In this document: positions 18,316 through 27,973 of the stretch, one piece after another
How positions within the stretch are numbered: the stretch's first letter is position 1
Layout of the letters: every line of letters starts with the position of its first letter
Source: Fervidobacterium sp.
GTDB taxonomy: Bacteria; Thermotogota; Thermotogae; Thermotogales; Fervidobacteriaceae
DNA length: 64,000 nucleotides
Assembly (NCBI GenBank): GCA_049970055.1
Contig: JBMFNR010000002.1
Location: forward strand, 180,406-244,405
Reading direction: 5' to 3'
The notes under the pieces: generated by a model
What the model saw: only the letters and a program-made list of their open reading frames with translations
What the model was told of the DNA's origin: nothing
Database searches by the model: none
Made by a program: the position numbers and the translations under genes

Positions 18316-19062
18316 GTGAATAACTCGTATATGTACGTAATTGAAACATACAATCTTAGCGGCGCAAAGAATATGGCATACGATTTAGCAATTGGTGAAT
18401 TGACAAATGAGGTTACCCTAAGATTTTACACATGGAAAGTTCCCACTCTTTCACTTGGTAAGCATCAGGATGAGAATGATTTAGATATTGAATATATTAA
18501 TTCAAAAGGTTTCGATGTTGTTAAACGGCCATCTGGTGGTAGAGCTGTGTTGCACTGGGATGAACTGACATACTCTGTTGTTATTCCACAGACGCATCAA
18601 TTATTTAAAACAGGTGTGTTGGAACTGTACAACTTTTTATCCAAGCTGATTGTTGATGGTTTGAAAAGATTAGGATTCCCGGTAGAAATAGTTGAAGGTA
18701 AGCGAAAAACATTGAGTCATGTGTGTTTTCAAACACCTTCAGCATACGAAATTGTTCTAAACGGTATTAAAGTAGTTGGAAGTGCGCAAACACGAACGCA
18801 AAGTTACATATTACAACATGGATCGATAGTGTTAATACCCCATGAAGAAGTAAAGTACTGTTTTAAAACAACAAAACACGTAAACATACCGATGATAGGT
18901 CTTTATAATTACAAATACGTATCTACTTCGGAAATTGTTTCCTCGATATCCCATTCTTTTAGCCAACACTTTGGTGAGCCTAAACGGTTTGGTAAAAACG
19001 AGTTTGATATGTTGGAAGAAAAAAGTAAAGAGCTGGAAGGTAGGTTTTTATGGAAAATTTAG
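18316..19062 (+). CDS. Lipoate-protein ligase family (LipM/LplA-like)
   Basis: NMAYD, RPSGGRAVLH, KVVGSAQ, LQHGSI. Confidence 0.9.
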   Translation: MNNSYMYVIETYNLSGAKNMAYDLAIGELTNEVTLRFYTWKVPTLSLGKHQDENDLDIEYINSKGFDVVKRPSGGRAVLHWDELTYSVVIPQTHQLFKTGVLELYNFLSKLIVDGLKRLGFPVEIVEGKRKTLSHVCFQTPSAYEIVLNGIKVVGSAQTRTQSYILQHGSIVLIPHEEVKYCFKTTKHVNIPMIGLYNYKYVSTSEIVSSISHSFSQHFGEPKRFGKNEFDMLEEKSKELEGRFLWKI

Positions 19063-19787
19063 AAAATAAATACGGTATACTCTACGTTATAGGTACACCA
19101 ATTGGAAACCTTAAGGACATAACTTTTCGGGCGGTAGAGGTACTAAGAGAAGTTGATTACATTCTTGCGGAAGATACGCGTAGAACCAAAATACTGTTAG
19201 GCCACTACGGTATTCAAAAACCTTTAGAGTCATTTAATGAGCATAATTCATACAAAAAGCTAGGTAAAGTAATTGAGCATTTGAAAAGTGGGAAAAAAAT
19301 CGCTCAAGTTTCAGATGCAGGTATGCCTGTTATTTCTGATCCCGGGTATAACCTTGTTGAAGCTTGCCATAAGAATGCCATACCAGTGGAGGTTGTGCCG
19401 GGCCCGAGTGCATTAACAAGCGCACTTGCTTTAAGTGGGTTCCAAGGAACTCACTTTTATTTTATTGGATTTATGCCAAAAGATAAGAATCGTAGAAGAC
19501 TTTTAAGAAAGATAGCTCAAGTCAAAGAATATGAATTAATTGATACGATCGTATTTTTCGAAAGTCCAGAAAGGCTCAGAAAAACTCTCGACGATATAAG
19601 AAGTATCATCGGAAATTGCCAAATCTTTATAGCGCGTGAACTGACAAAAGTACACGAAGAGTACTTTTACGGGATAATAGACAGTGCAATTGAAAAATTT
19701 ACTCAAGTGAAGGGCGAACTCACCATAATAGTAAAAATAAATGATTGCAATTCTCATAACAAAATAGATGGTGGTAACCGATGCTAA
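19050..19787 (+). CDS. rsmI: 16S rRNA C1402 2'-O-methyltransferase
   Basis: TPIGNLKDIT, AEDTR, SDAGMPVISDPG, RELTKVHEE. Confidence 0.96.
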   Translation: MENLENKYGILYVIGTPIGNLKDITFRAVEVLREVDYILAEDTRRTKILLGHYGIQKPLESFNEHNSYKKLGKVIEHLKSGKKIAQVSDAGMPVISDPGYNLVEACHKNAIPVEVVPGPSALTSALALSGFQGTHFYFIGFMPKDKNRRRLLRKIAQVKEYELIDTIVFFESPERLRKTLDDIRSIIGNCQIFIARELTKVHEEYFYGIIDSAIEKFTQVKGELTIIVKINDCNSHNKIDGGNRC

Positions 19788-20317
19788 AAATTGAAAGTGG
19801 AGAATTAAAAGGCAAATTAATAAAAACAGTCCCTGATCCAAAGACTCGATATACTTCAGCAATTTTGAGAAGAAGTTTGACAAATATGGTTGATTTTTCT
19901 GGAAAAGTGTGCGCAGATATTTGCTGTGGAAGTGGTTCTGTAGGGTTTGAAATGCTAAGTAACGGCGCTAAAAGCGTTACTTTCGTCGATGCATCGAATA
20001 AAGCTATTACTACCGTTAAATTGAATGCAAAAGAATTAAAAGTCGAAAATAGAGTATTTTTTTACAGAGAGGATGTAAGGCGATTCTTGGAACGTTTCGA
20101 AGGTACATTTGACATTGTGTACTCCGATCCGCCGTATGAGCTGGGACTAGTTAATGAAATCGTGCAAAGAATACATATCGTAATGCACAGTGGTTCACTT
20201 TTTATTCTTCAGTGTTCAAAAAGAGAAATTCCAAACGAAAACGACTTGAAAAATATAAAAATAGTGAAAATAAAAGCATACGGAGATTCTTTTCTCATTT
20301 TTTTTGAAAGAATATGA
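19781..20317 (+). CDS. rsmD: 16S rRNA m2G966 methyltransferase
   Basis: CCGSGSVGFEMLSNGA, DPPY. Confidence 0.85.
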   Translation: MLKIESGELKGKLIKTVPDPKTRYTSAILRRSLTNMVDFSGKVCADICCGSGSVGFEMLSNGAKSVTFVDASNKAITTVKLNAKELKVENRVFFYREDVRRFLERFEGTFDIVYSDPPYELGLVNEIVQRIHIVMHSGSLFILQCSKREIPNENDLKNIKIVKIKAYGDSFLIFFERI

Positions 20318-20371
20318 TATAATTTAACTGTATCCGAACGTTGAGCATAAAACACATGAGGGGTGGTGTAA

Positions 20372-21019
20372 GTGGCAATATCTTTTGCAAAAAAGGAAAA
20401 TGAGGTGATTCAAAAACTTATCGAGTTATCGAATAAAACTGTTGAAGCGACAGTGACTCTAAAGGAGTATTTTCTTTGTTATTTCTCTAAAGAGTGTGAT
20501 AAGAAAAAAGAGCTTTTTTTGCAGATTAAAAGAATTGAGCATGAATCGGACGAAATTAGACGATGGATTATATCCGAAACGTACAAAGGATTATTTTTAC
20601 CTGACATGAGAGAAGTCATCCACTCACTTGCTGAACAGATAGATAAGATAGTAAACAAATGTGAGTCGGTGAGTAAAATAATAGATTACCAACAACCAAA
20701 TGTACCGGAACCTTTGCAGGAAAAGATAATAGTCCAACTTAATTGCTCTGTAAATGCTGCAGATGCTTTTGCAAAATCAGTAGCTGAGCTGTTTAAGAAC
20801 ATCGATAATGTCAACGTGCTTATTTTAGAAGTTGAAAAGTCCGAACACGATGAAGATATGATCGAAGAGGTCTTGCTGAAGGAAGTATTTACCCTTAATT
20901 TGAACTTATCGGAAAAGATGCAACTTAAAGAGCTTATAATAAACATTGGTGATATAGTTGATAGAACGGAAGATGCTTCAGATATACTGGAGGTATTGTT
21001 ATTAAAACTCGCTTACTGA
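20372..21019 (+). CDS. DUF47/TIGR00153 phosphate-transport regulator family protein
   Basis: IEHESDEIRR, FLPDMRE, EHDEDMIE, DIVDRTEDASD. Confidence 0.85.
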   Translation: MAISFAKKENEVIQKLIELSNKTVEATVTLKEYFLCYFSKECDKKKELFLQIKRIEHESDEIRRWIISETYKGLFLPDMREVIHSLAEQIDKIVNKCESVSKIIDYQQPNVPEPLQEKIIVQLNCSVNAADAFAKSVAELFKNIDNVNVLILEVEKSEHDEDMIEEVLLKEVFTLNLNLSEKMQLKELIINIGDIVDRTEDASDILEVLLLKLAY

Positions 21020-22005
21020 TCTTTATTTATATCTTCTTGAGTTCCCTAGGCTCGCAACTTTTTGCTGCGGAATTCTATGTCTATTACAACAACGGAATAC
21101 CGATATATAGATCAACGTATGAAATAAAACCATTTTTCGAATTTACGAGTATAGCAAAGTCTTCATGGGAAATGCCAAAAGCTCAATTAATAAAAATAAG
21201 GAGCGGGAAAGTCCCTATTGTACTTGTTCATGGTATAGACCCAATGGAAATTTACGGAGTGTGGACCGATTACAAAAAAAAGTTTATTGAGGCTTGGAAA
21301 AGACTTTTACCAAATAATTTTGCTTTGTATATTTTCATTTATCCTTCCTTGGATGTACCTATTGAAGATAGTGCCGAAATTTTTTTTGAAGAAGTGTCGA
21401 AGTTGGAAGGAAAAGTGAATATATATGCTCACAGTATGGGCGGAATTTTATTGAGATATGCGCTTCAAAGAGAAGAACTTGTCAAAAAAATAAGCAAAAT
21501 TATATTTGCTGGAACACCACATATTGGATCACCACTTGCAAATTTTGTTGTAGCAGATAAAGACATTTTAAAACTTAGAAGCGACTGGGAATTTATAAAA
21601 ACGGTATTGCTAATAGCCAACGTATCTGGTGGTTTTACTCAAGCTCCCAATTACAAATATATCTCGATTGGTTTTGAAAATCCACAGATACCTGAAAATG
21701 TACATTTTGTAAATTTCGCTGCGCGAATCAAGAACGATGCGGCTACAACTGTTTCAAATTTGTTAAATACCGAGTTCTTTACGAGTTTTGGTTTGGAATC
21801 TCTAAATAGGGTAACGAAAATACTTTACCCACCAAATTCGGAGTTTGTAGAGAACGATGGAATGGTGCCTTTGTCGAGTGCGATCTACTTCGGAAATGCA
21901 AAAATTTTTGATGGATATGATCATTCAGACCTTGCATATTATGATATAATCGTAAATGAAGCGGTAAAAGAATTTTCTCTTACGGAGGTGACCGAACAGC
22001 AATGA
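21001..22005 (+). CDS. Secreted alpha/beta hydrolase (lipase/esterase-like), probable ATT start
   Basis: VLVHG, AHSMGG, GTPHIGS, NDGMVP, DH; signal peptide complete only from ATT 21001 behind GGAGGT. Confidence 0.8.
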   Translation: MKTRLLIFIYIFLSSLGSQLFAAEFYVYYNNGIPIYRSTYEIKPFFEFTSIAKSSWEMPKAQLIKIRSGKVPIVLVHGIDPMEIYGVWTDYKKKFIEAWKRLLPNNFALYIFIYPSLDVPIEDSAEIFFEEVSKLEGKVNIYAHSMGGILLRYALQREELVKKISKIIFAGTPHIGSPLANFVVADKDILKLRSDWEFIKTVLLIANVSGGFTQAPNYKYISIGFENPQIPENVHFVNFAARIKNDAATTVSNLLNTEFFTSFGLESLNRVTKILYPPNSEFVENDGMVPLSSAIYFGNAKIFDGYDHSDLAYYDIIVNEAVKEFSLTEVTEQQ

Positions 22006-22532
22006 ACCTAGAAACAAAGTTAAAAACGAATTTCAAGAAGAAACTTTATGGAAAGATTTCCTACGTTTACATGGTAGTGTTTTTATTAACACTAGGAGTG
22101 TATTCATGTTCTATTCCTTTCATGCCCGAGGTACCGCCATCAAGTTACTCAACACAAGCAGCGATAAATGTACTCTCTAATAAATACAACTTGTTGGATT
22201 CAGGTGATATAAATGGCTTTGGCGATATTTACCTTGGAGACGGAAAGTATTCGATTTTTGATGGCGTGGATGGAATGTTAATGGTTTTTCGCTACGATGA
22301 GCCAGAAAGTGCCAAAGAAAATTGGGAGAAAGTGACTAAAAAATATGGGAATCCATTTAAAATGAAATATTTTAAAGTGAATATGGGCGTTTACGGTTTG
22401 TTCACAATAAGGCTTGATAAAACGGATCTGTATATTTGGTATAAAGATAATTGGTTGATAGTTATCACTGGTGATGGCATATCGAATTTTGTTCAAGATG
22501 TCAACGAGATATATAAAACTTTAAAGAGGTAA
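22002..22532 (+). CDS. Putative lipoprotein
   Basis: Lys-rich N-terminus, hydrophobic stretch, lipobox-like VYSC. Confidence 0.65.
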   Translation: MNLETKLKTNFKKKLYGKISYVYMVVFLLTLGVYSCSIPFMPEVPPSSYSTQAAINVLSNKYNLLDSGDINGFGDIYLGDGKYSIFDGVDGMLMVFRYDEPESAKENWEKVTKKYGNPFKMKYFKVNMGVYGLFTIRLDKTDLYIWYKDNWLIVITGDGISNFVQDVNEIYKTLKR

Positions 22533-22536
22533 GAAT

Positions 22537-23253
22537 ATGAGCTTTCGTAATATAGATTATTCAATCATAGGAGTTGATGAAGCTGGTAGAGGACCTATAT
22601 TTGGTCCCGTAGTTGCAGCAGCAGTTTATTTTGACGAAGATCTCTTCATAGAAGGAATAAACGATAGTAAGCAGCTAACCGAAGCGAAAAGGGAGGAACT
22701 TTACGAAAAGATATTTTTAAGTGCAAAATTTGGAATTGGCATAGCTACTGTTGAAGAGATAGATTTGTACAACATACTTCATGCTACAGAGTTAGCAATG
22801 AATCGTGCACTTGATATACTTTCCCAATATGTAGAGATCAAAAACGTGTTTATAGATGGTAAAAATTTAAAACTCAAGTATCCATCAACGTGTATTGTAA
22901 AAGGCGATGAAAAAATATATCAAATATCAGCTGCTTCTATTTTAGCAAAGGTAACAAGAGATAGAATAATGGAAAAATTCGATAAACAACTGCCGGAATA
23001 TAATTTGGCGAAACACAAAGGTTATCCAACGCCAGAGCACATAGACTCTCTTAAAAAATATGGTCCCACGCCGTATCATAGGATTACATTTGAACCAGTG
23101 TCTCAGCTTATAAGTAGAGAGCTTGCAGATAATTGGTTAAAAAACAACCTTATTTCTGAGCAAAGATACAAAGTTCTTTTGAAATACACGGAGGTGGATT
23201 TGTTTGGCAACAAACGAAGCAGCGCAAAAAGGAGTTCAAAATCCAGAATCTAG
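22537..23253 (+). CDS. rnhB: Ribonuclease HII
   Basis: [32 protein letters not shown]. Confidence 0.96.
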   Translation: MSFRNIDYSIIGVDEAGRGPIFGPVVAAAVYFDEDLFIEGINDSKQLTEAKREELYEKIFLSAKFGIGIATVEEIDLYNILHATELAMNRALDILSQYVEIKNVFIDGKNLKLKYPSTCIVKGDEKIYQISAASILAKVTRDRIMEKFDKQLPEYNLAKHKGYPTPEHIDSLKKYGPTPYHRITFEPVSQLISRELADNWLKNNLISEQRYKVLLKYTEVDLFGNKRSSAKRSSKSRI

Positions 23254-23959
23254 CCCAGAAGTTAATCAAGATTTGTCGAGATTTGAGAAAAATATTTTAG
23301 ATAGAGGTTTCGTTAGATTAGTCGATATGATGGGTGACGATTATTCTGCAGTTAAAGCAGCTCGTGTTTCTTATGGTCAAGGGCTTAAAACTCCCGAAAG
23401 AGATAAAGCACTGATAATGTACTTAATGGAGCATGGTCACGAAACCCCGTTTGAACATATCGTTTTTACATTCCATGTCAAAGCTCCACTTTTTGTTGCG
23501 CGACAATGGTTTAGACACAGAATAGGGTCTTTCAATGAAATAAGCCAGAGATACACTGAGATAAAAGAAGAAGAGTTTTACATTCCTACAAATATACGTG
23601 TTAATATACCTGAAGACAGGCAAAAAGCTATTGAGATAGACGATGAGGAATTGTTAAGAAAAGTACAGTATAAAATGGAGAATATCTTTGAAGAAACTTA
23701 CAAAGTCTACAAAGAACTTCTTCAAGAAGGAATCGCTCGTGAATTAGCGAGAATTGTTCTACCACTTGCAACATATACCCAATTTTATTGGACGGTCAAC
23801 GCGAGAAGTTTGATGAACTTTCTAAACTTACGTGCAGATTCCCATGCTCAATGGGAAATACAACAATACGCCCTAGCAATAGCTGAAATATTCAAAGAAA
23901 AATGTCCATGGAGTTATGAAGCATTTGTAAATTATGCTTACAGGGGTGATTTATTGTGA
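23204..23959 (+). CDS. thyX: Flavin-dependent thymidylate synthase
   Basis: [29 protein letters not shown]. Confidence 0.96.
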   Translation: MATNEAAQKGVQNPESSPEVNQDLSRFEKNILDRGFVRLVDMMGDDYSAVKAARVSYGQGLKTPERDKALIMYLMEHGHETPFEHIVFTFHVKAPLFVARQWFRHRIGSFNEISQRYTEIKEEEFYIPTNIRVNIPEDRQKAIEIDDEELLRKVQYKMENIFEETYKVYKELLQEGIARELARIVLPLATYTQFYWTVNARSLMNFLNLRADSHAQWEIQQYALAIAEIFKEKCPWSYEAFVNYAYRGDLL

Positions 23960-24312
23960 AGTTGAAAGACCTACTCCAATTAGTTGAAGGTGAAATTGTT
24001 GTTGATAATGGTGTGAATATTGATGATATAAAAATTGAAAAAGTTGCTGCATCTGATTTGATGAGCGATGTACTTGCACTTTCTGAGCCGGGGTCTCTGC
24101 TTGTGACAGGTTTGGCTACACCTCAGTGTGTTCGGACAGCGGGTGTAGTTGGAATTCCGGTCGTTTTAGTTGTTAGAAACAGAGAGATAATGCCTGAAAC
24201 AAAAAGAGCTGCAGAAATGAGCGGTGTAATTTTGTGTGTTACTAAAAAAGGGATGTACGAAGTCTGTGGACTACTCTACATTGCTGGGTTACAGCCCGTA
24301 TATGGTCAATAA
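23956..24312 (+). CDS. DRTGG-domain protein
   Basis: [22 protein letters not shown]. Confidence 0.8.
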   Translation: MKLKDLLQLVEGEIVVDNGVNIDDIKIEKVAASDLMSDVLALSEPGSLLVTGLATPQCVRTAGVVGIPVVLVVRNREIMPETKRAAEMSGVILCVTKKGMYEVCGLLYIAGLQPVYGQ

Positions 24313-24328
24313 AAAAGGGGTGTTATGA

Positions 24329-25147
24329 ATGATAATTAACGTTGAACCACTGTATTCTGCTATTGTTAATGATATAAAAGAAAGAATTTTCAAACTCTCA
24401 AAAACACCCAAGCTGGCAGCGGTTACTTGTCAGCCCGATCCTTCTACACTTACATATTTAAAGAGCCAGGAGAAGCAAGCAAAACGACTTGGGATCGAAT
24501 TCGCTGTATACGAGGCGCCGAGGGCATCGGATTTAAAAATCCTCTTACCAAAGTTATCATCAGATAGTTCGGTGCATGGAATTTTTGTTACTCACCCACT
24601 TCCATCTGATATTTCTGAGCTTGAAGCAGTATCACTAATATCAGCTGAAAAAGATATCGAAGGGAGACACCCGTTTAACTTGGGAAGCATTGCATACGAC
24701 AAACCAATATTTCCCCCTTGTACTGCAGAAGCTGTTCTAAGAATAATAAATTACTTGACAAATCCGTTTGGGAAAAAAATAGCCATTATTGGTAGAAGTG
24801 TTACAGTTGGAAAACCACTTGCCTTGTTATTGCTCCAAAAAGGGGTAGATGCAACTGTAACAGTTTGTCATTCAAAAACGAAGGACATTAAAGAAATAAC
24901 CCAGAACGCAGATATAGTTGTAGTGGCCATTGGAAAAGCGAAGATGTTTGATAAAAGTTACTTCAAACCTGGTACAATAGTAATTGATGTTGGGATCAAC
25001 GTTGAAAATGATGAAATAGTTGGGGATGTTGAACCGTCGGTGAGTGAAATATGTGATTTAACGCCAGTGCCGGGGGGTGTTGGAAAGATAACGACACTTG
25101 TTTTAATGGAACATACCGTTAAAGCAGCTGAAATACAGCTAAGGTAA
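24329..25147 (+). CDS. folD: Methylenetetrahydrofolate dehydrogenase (FolD family)
   Basis: PCT, GRSVTVGKP, VIDVGIN, TPVPGGVG. Confidence 0.93.
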   Translation: MIINVEPLYSAIVNDIKERIFKLSKTPKLAAVTCQPDPSTLTYLKSQEKQAKRLGIEFAVYEAPRASDLKILLPKLSSDSSVHGIFVTHPLPSDISELEAVSLISAEKDIEGRHPFNLGSIAYDKPIFPPCTAEAVLRIINYLTNPFGKKIAIIGRSVTVGKPLALLLLQKGVDATVTVCHSKTKDIKEITQNADIVVVAIGKAKMFDKSYFKPGTIVIDVGINVENDEIVGDVEPSVSEICDLTPVPGGVGKITTLVLMEHTVKAAEIQLR

Positions 25148-25183
25148 CATTTTCTTAAATAGAAAACTAAGGAGGTATTCAAC

Positions 25184-25555
25184 ATGAGGATGATTTTTGC
25201 GGGAGCTCCAGATGCAGGTGCAACTACAGGAACAACAGCAGCAACGAGTAGCTCGGGAGCATTTATGCAGATGCTCATAATGCTTCTCATATTTTTTGCG
25301 ATGATGTACTTTTTAGTGATACTTCCACAGAGAAGAAGAGAGAAAGAATACAAACAGATGATTGAAAACCTCAAAAGAGGTGACACAATAATAACAACGG
25401 GCGGAATTGTTGGTAAAATTGTTGATATCAAGAAAGATACAATAAAGATAAAAAGTTCAAATTCTACGGAACTTGAAATCCACAAAGCGTACATAGCAAA
25501 GATTGTAAAAGAAAAAGAAGATGCCAAGGAAGAAAATGGAGATTCCAAAGAATAA
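25184..25555 (+). CDS. yajC: Preprotein translocase subunit YajC
   Basis: YFLVILPQRRR..LKRGDTIITTGGIVGKI; precedes secD. Confidence 0.95.
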   Translation: MRMIFAGAPDAGATTGTTAATSSSGAFMQMLIMLLIFFAMMYFLVILPQRRREKEYKQMIENLKRGDTIITTGGIVGKIVDIKKDTIKIKSSNSTELEIHKAYIAKIVKEKEDAKEENGDSKE

Positions 25556-25578
25556 GTACTCAAAGGGAGGGTTACGGT

Positions 25579-27003
25579 ATGCGAAGCGATCGTGTAAGGC
25601 TCATAATTTCAATGATACTACTAGTCGCGGCTATTGTTGCGATGTTTTTACCAGGGGGACGACCTGCAACAGGTATTGCTAGGTTTTTCAGTAGAATTAA
25701 GCTTGGTTTGGATCTTAGTGGTGGGGTTAGACTTGAGTACCGTGTTGATATTGATAAAAGTGCGGAAAATCCGAGTGCTGTAGTTGATGATGTTTGGACG
25801 GTTCTTAGGAATAGACTTGACTCCGCTGGTTACACAGAAGCATTCGTCAAGAAAAGTTTCAGGGAGAACAATTCTTTTATAATAGTTGAGATTCCTAATG
25901 CGACAAATACAACAGTGGCGGAAAAATTGGTTGGCTCAACAGGATTACTGTGGTTTGGTCAAGCTATTGATGAAAGAGATTACGACCCGAATACTAATTC
26001 CGATGATATAAATCTTGCCACAAGAGAAGGTGCGCAATGGTACCAAGATAAAGACGGTAAAAAATGGTATCTTATAAAAAAGGAAATCAACAATAGAAAA
26101 GACTTAGTTTTGGTAGGTCCAAAGATTTCTGAGGCGATACCGACAATTGATCAGAAAGGTGTTGCAAATTATGTTGTATCATTCACACTTGCAAGAGAAT
26201 ATGTTGAAGTATTTAAAAACATAACAAAAGAACTATACGTCCCGGAGCAAATTTTGAACAGCGGTACTACACAATATCAGATAGCACTTAAGAAAAGGCT
26301 TGCAATTATTCTTGATGACAAAGTTCAATTTGTTGGATTTGTTGTAAGTCCAATTGAGGATGGAAAAGGACAAATTAGAGGAAATTTCACCTTTGATCAG
26401 GCAAAAGAACTTGCTGCGATATTGAGAAGCGGTGCACTCCCTGCAAGACTTGAAAAAACATCAGCAAGCTTGGTTTCGCCATTACTCGGTAAAGACGTAT
26501 TGCAGCAATCTCTTAATGCAGGTATAATTGGTGCGATATTAGTAATGGCTTACATGATAGCGTTTTATGGTGTAATGGGTATAGTAGCGGTTATTGGGAT
26601 GTTCTATGCGCTTATAATTATTTTTGGATTTCTGGCAGGTACGGGTGCAATACTCACACTTCCTGGTATTGCGGGTATCATCTTCACCATTGGTACATTA
26701 GTCGATGGTAACGTTGTTATCTACGAGCGAATTAAGGAGGAAATGAGAAGTGGTAAAACTGCAAAGACATCCATAGATATAGCATTTTCAAAATCTTTCT
26801 GGACGCTTTTTGATGCGAACTTAACGACAATAATCGCTGCATTATTCCTTTACTACTTTGGTACGGGAACCATAAGAGGCTTTGCGATAACAACGATCGT
26901 TGGTATATTCTCGGCAATGTTCATGAACCTTGTGTTCAGTAAATTCTTACTTGACGCATTGGCTGGAGCAATCAGAGTGAGAAAGACAGGGGGTGCACGA
27001 TAA
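25579..27003 (+). CDS. secD: Protein translocase subunit SecD
   Basis: LGLDLSGG, LRSGALP, LTLPGIAG, DGNVVIYERIKEE, DANLTT. Confidence 0.96.
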   Translation: MRSDRVRLIISMILLVAAIVAMFLPGGRPATGIARFFSRIKLGLDLSGGVRLEYRVDIDKSAENPSAVVDDVWTVLRNRLDSAGYTEAFVKKSFRENNSFIIVEIPNATNTTVAEKLVGSTGLLWFGQAIDERDYDPNTNSDDINLATREGAQWYQDKDGKKWYLIKKEINNRKDLVLVGPKISEAIPTIDQKGVANYVVSFTLAREYVEVFKNITKELYVPEQILNSGTTQYQIALKKRLAIILDDKVQFVGFVVSPIEDGKGQIRGNFTFDQAKELAAILRSGALPARLEKTSASLVSPLLGKDVLQQSLNAGIIGAILVMAYMIAFYGVMGIVAVIGMFYALIIIFGFLAGTGAILTLPGIAGIIFTIGTLVDGNVVIYERIKEEMRSGKTAKTSIDIAFSKSFWTLFDANLTTIIAALFLYYFGTGTIRGFAITTIVGIFSAMFMNLVFSKFLLDALAGAIRVRKTGGAR

Positions 27004-27899
27004 TGAAAATTGATTTTGTCGGGAAACGATATTTCTTTATAACCCTATCTGTTGTGCTTGTTGTTATTTCTTTGATTAGTTTCTTTACCAAAGGTTTCAA
27101 CTTTGGACTTGAATTCATTGGCGGGAGTGAAATCGTTGTTAAAACAGCCCAGAATATGACACTTGCTGAGGTTAGACAAAAAATTGCTCCTCTTGGTAAA
27201 GAATTTGAAAATGCAAGAATTTTAGAAGTACAAGCGCTTGGTCAACAAGGAGAAAGAAACTTCTCAATTGTAGTTTCACCAAAAGACGAAAAAGGTAACC
27301 TGAGAGTATACAAGCCTGATGAAAAGTCAGAAATTTCTACTAAAGTTGAGCAAGCTCTTAACGCAAAAGTAGTGACATTTAACGAAGTTAGTGGAGATGC
27401 AGCAAATGAAATTAAGAACCTCACCTGGAAAGCCATAGTGTTTACACTCTTGGGTATACTTGTGTATGTTGCGCTGAGGTTTAAATTCGCATTCGGTGTT
27501 GGCGCAATACTTGCTCTTATACATGATGTTGTGATAACTATGGGATTTTATTCCATCTTTGGTGTTGAGATGAATATAGCTGCAGTTGCGGCACTTCTAA
27601 CGCTCGTTGGCTATTCAGTTAACGATACGATAATTGTATTTGACAGGATAAGGGAATTCGGTAGAAAATACAAAGGAAAGGATATGGCAACGATTGTTAA
27701 CGATAGTATAAATTCTGTGATAATCAGAACGATCAACACATCATTAACGACTTTCTTTACGGTATTAATGCTCTTACTCTTCTCGACAGGTAGCATCAAA
27801 TCCTTTGCGTTTGGTATGACGATAGGTGTTGTAGTTGGTACTTATTCATCGATATTCATAGCTTCACCGATAGTTGTCAAGTGGGTCAAATCAATCTAA
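27003..27899 (+). CDS. secF: Protein translocase subunit SecF
   Basis: GLEFIGG, HDVVI, GYSVNDTIIVFDRIRE, GTYSSIFIASP. Confidence 0.96.
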   Translation: MKIDFVGKRYFFITLSVVLVVISLISFFTKGFNFGLEFIGGSEIVVKTAQNMTLAEVRQKIAPLGKEFENARILEVQALGQQGERNFSIVVSPKDEKGNLRVYKPDEKSEISTKVEQALNAKVVTFNEVSGDAANEIKNLTWKAIVFTLLGILVYVALRFKFAFGVGAILALIHDVVITMGFYSIFGVEMNIAAVAALLTLVGYSVNDTIIVFDRIREFGRKYKGKDMATIVNDSINSVIIRTINTSLTTFFTVLMLLLFSTGSIKSFAFGMTIGVVVGTYSSIFIASPIVVKWVKSI

Positions 27900-27907
27900 G
27901 TTTATCG

Positions 27908-27940
27908 AAAAAATCGGGGACCCACGTCCCCGATTTTTTT
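27908..27940 (+). terminator. Intrinsic terminator
   Basis: AAAAAATCGGGGAC/GTCCCCGATTTTTTT. Confidence 0.85.
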
Positions 27941-27973
27941 AACGACCGAAATTAGGCAAAGGAGGGCGGGATT

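Noticed and set aside
23190..23206. Clamp-binding-like EVDLF in the RNase HII tail
   Set aside because: These codons coincide with the thyX RBS (GGAGGTG) and start, which explains the sequence
24958..25563. 201-aa minus-strand ORF (and similar ones at 34823-35458, 28621-29085, 59738-60202)
   Set aside because: Antisense to well-supported genes, with no RBS or recognisable motif
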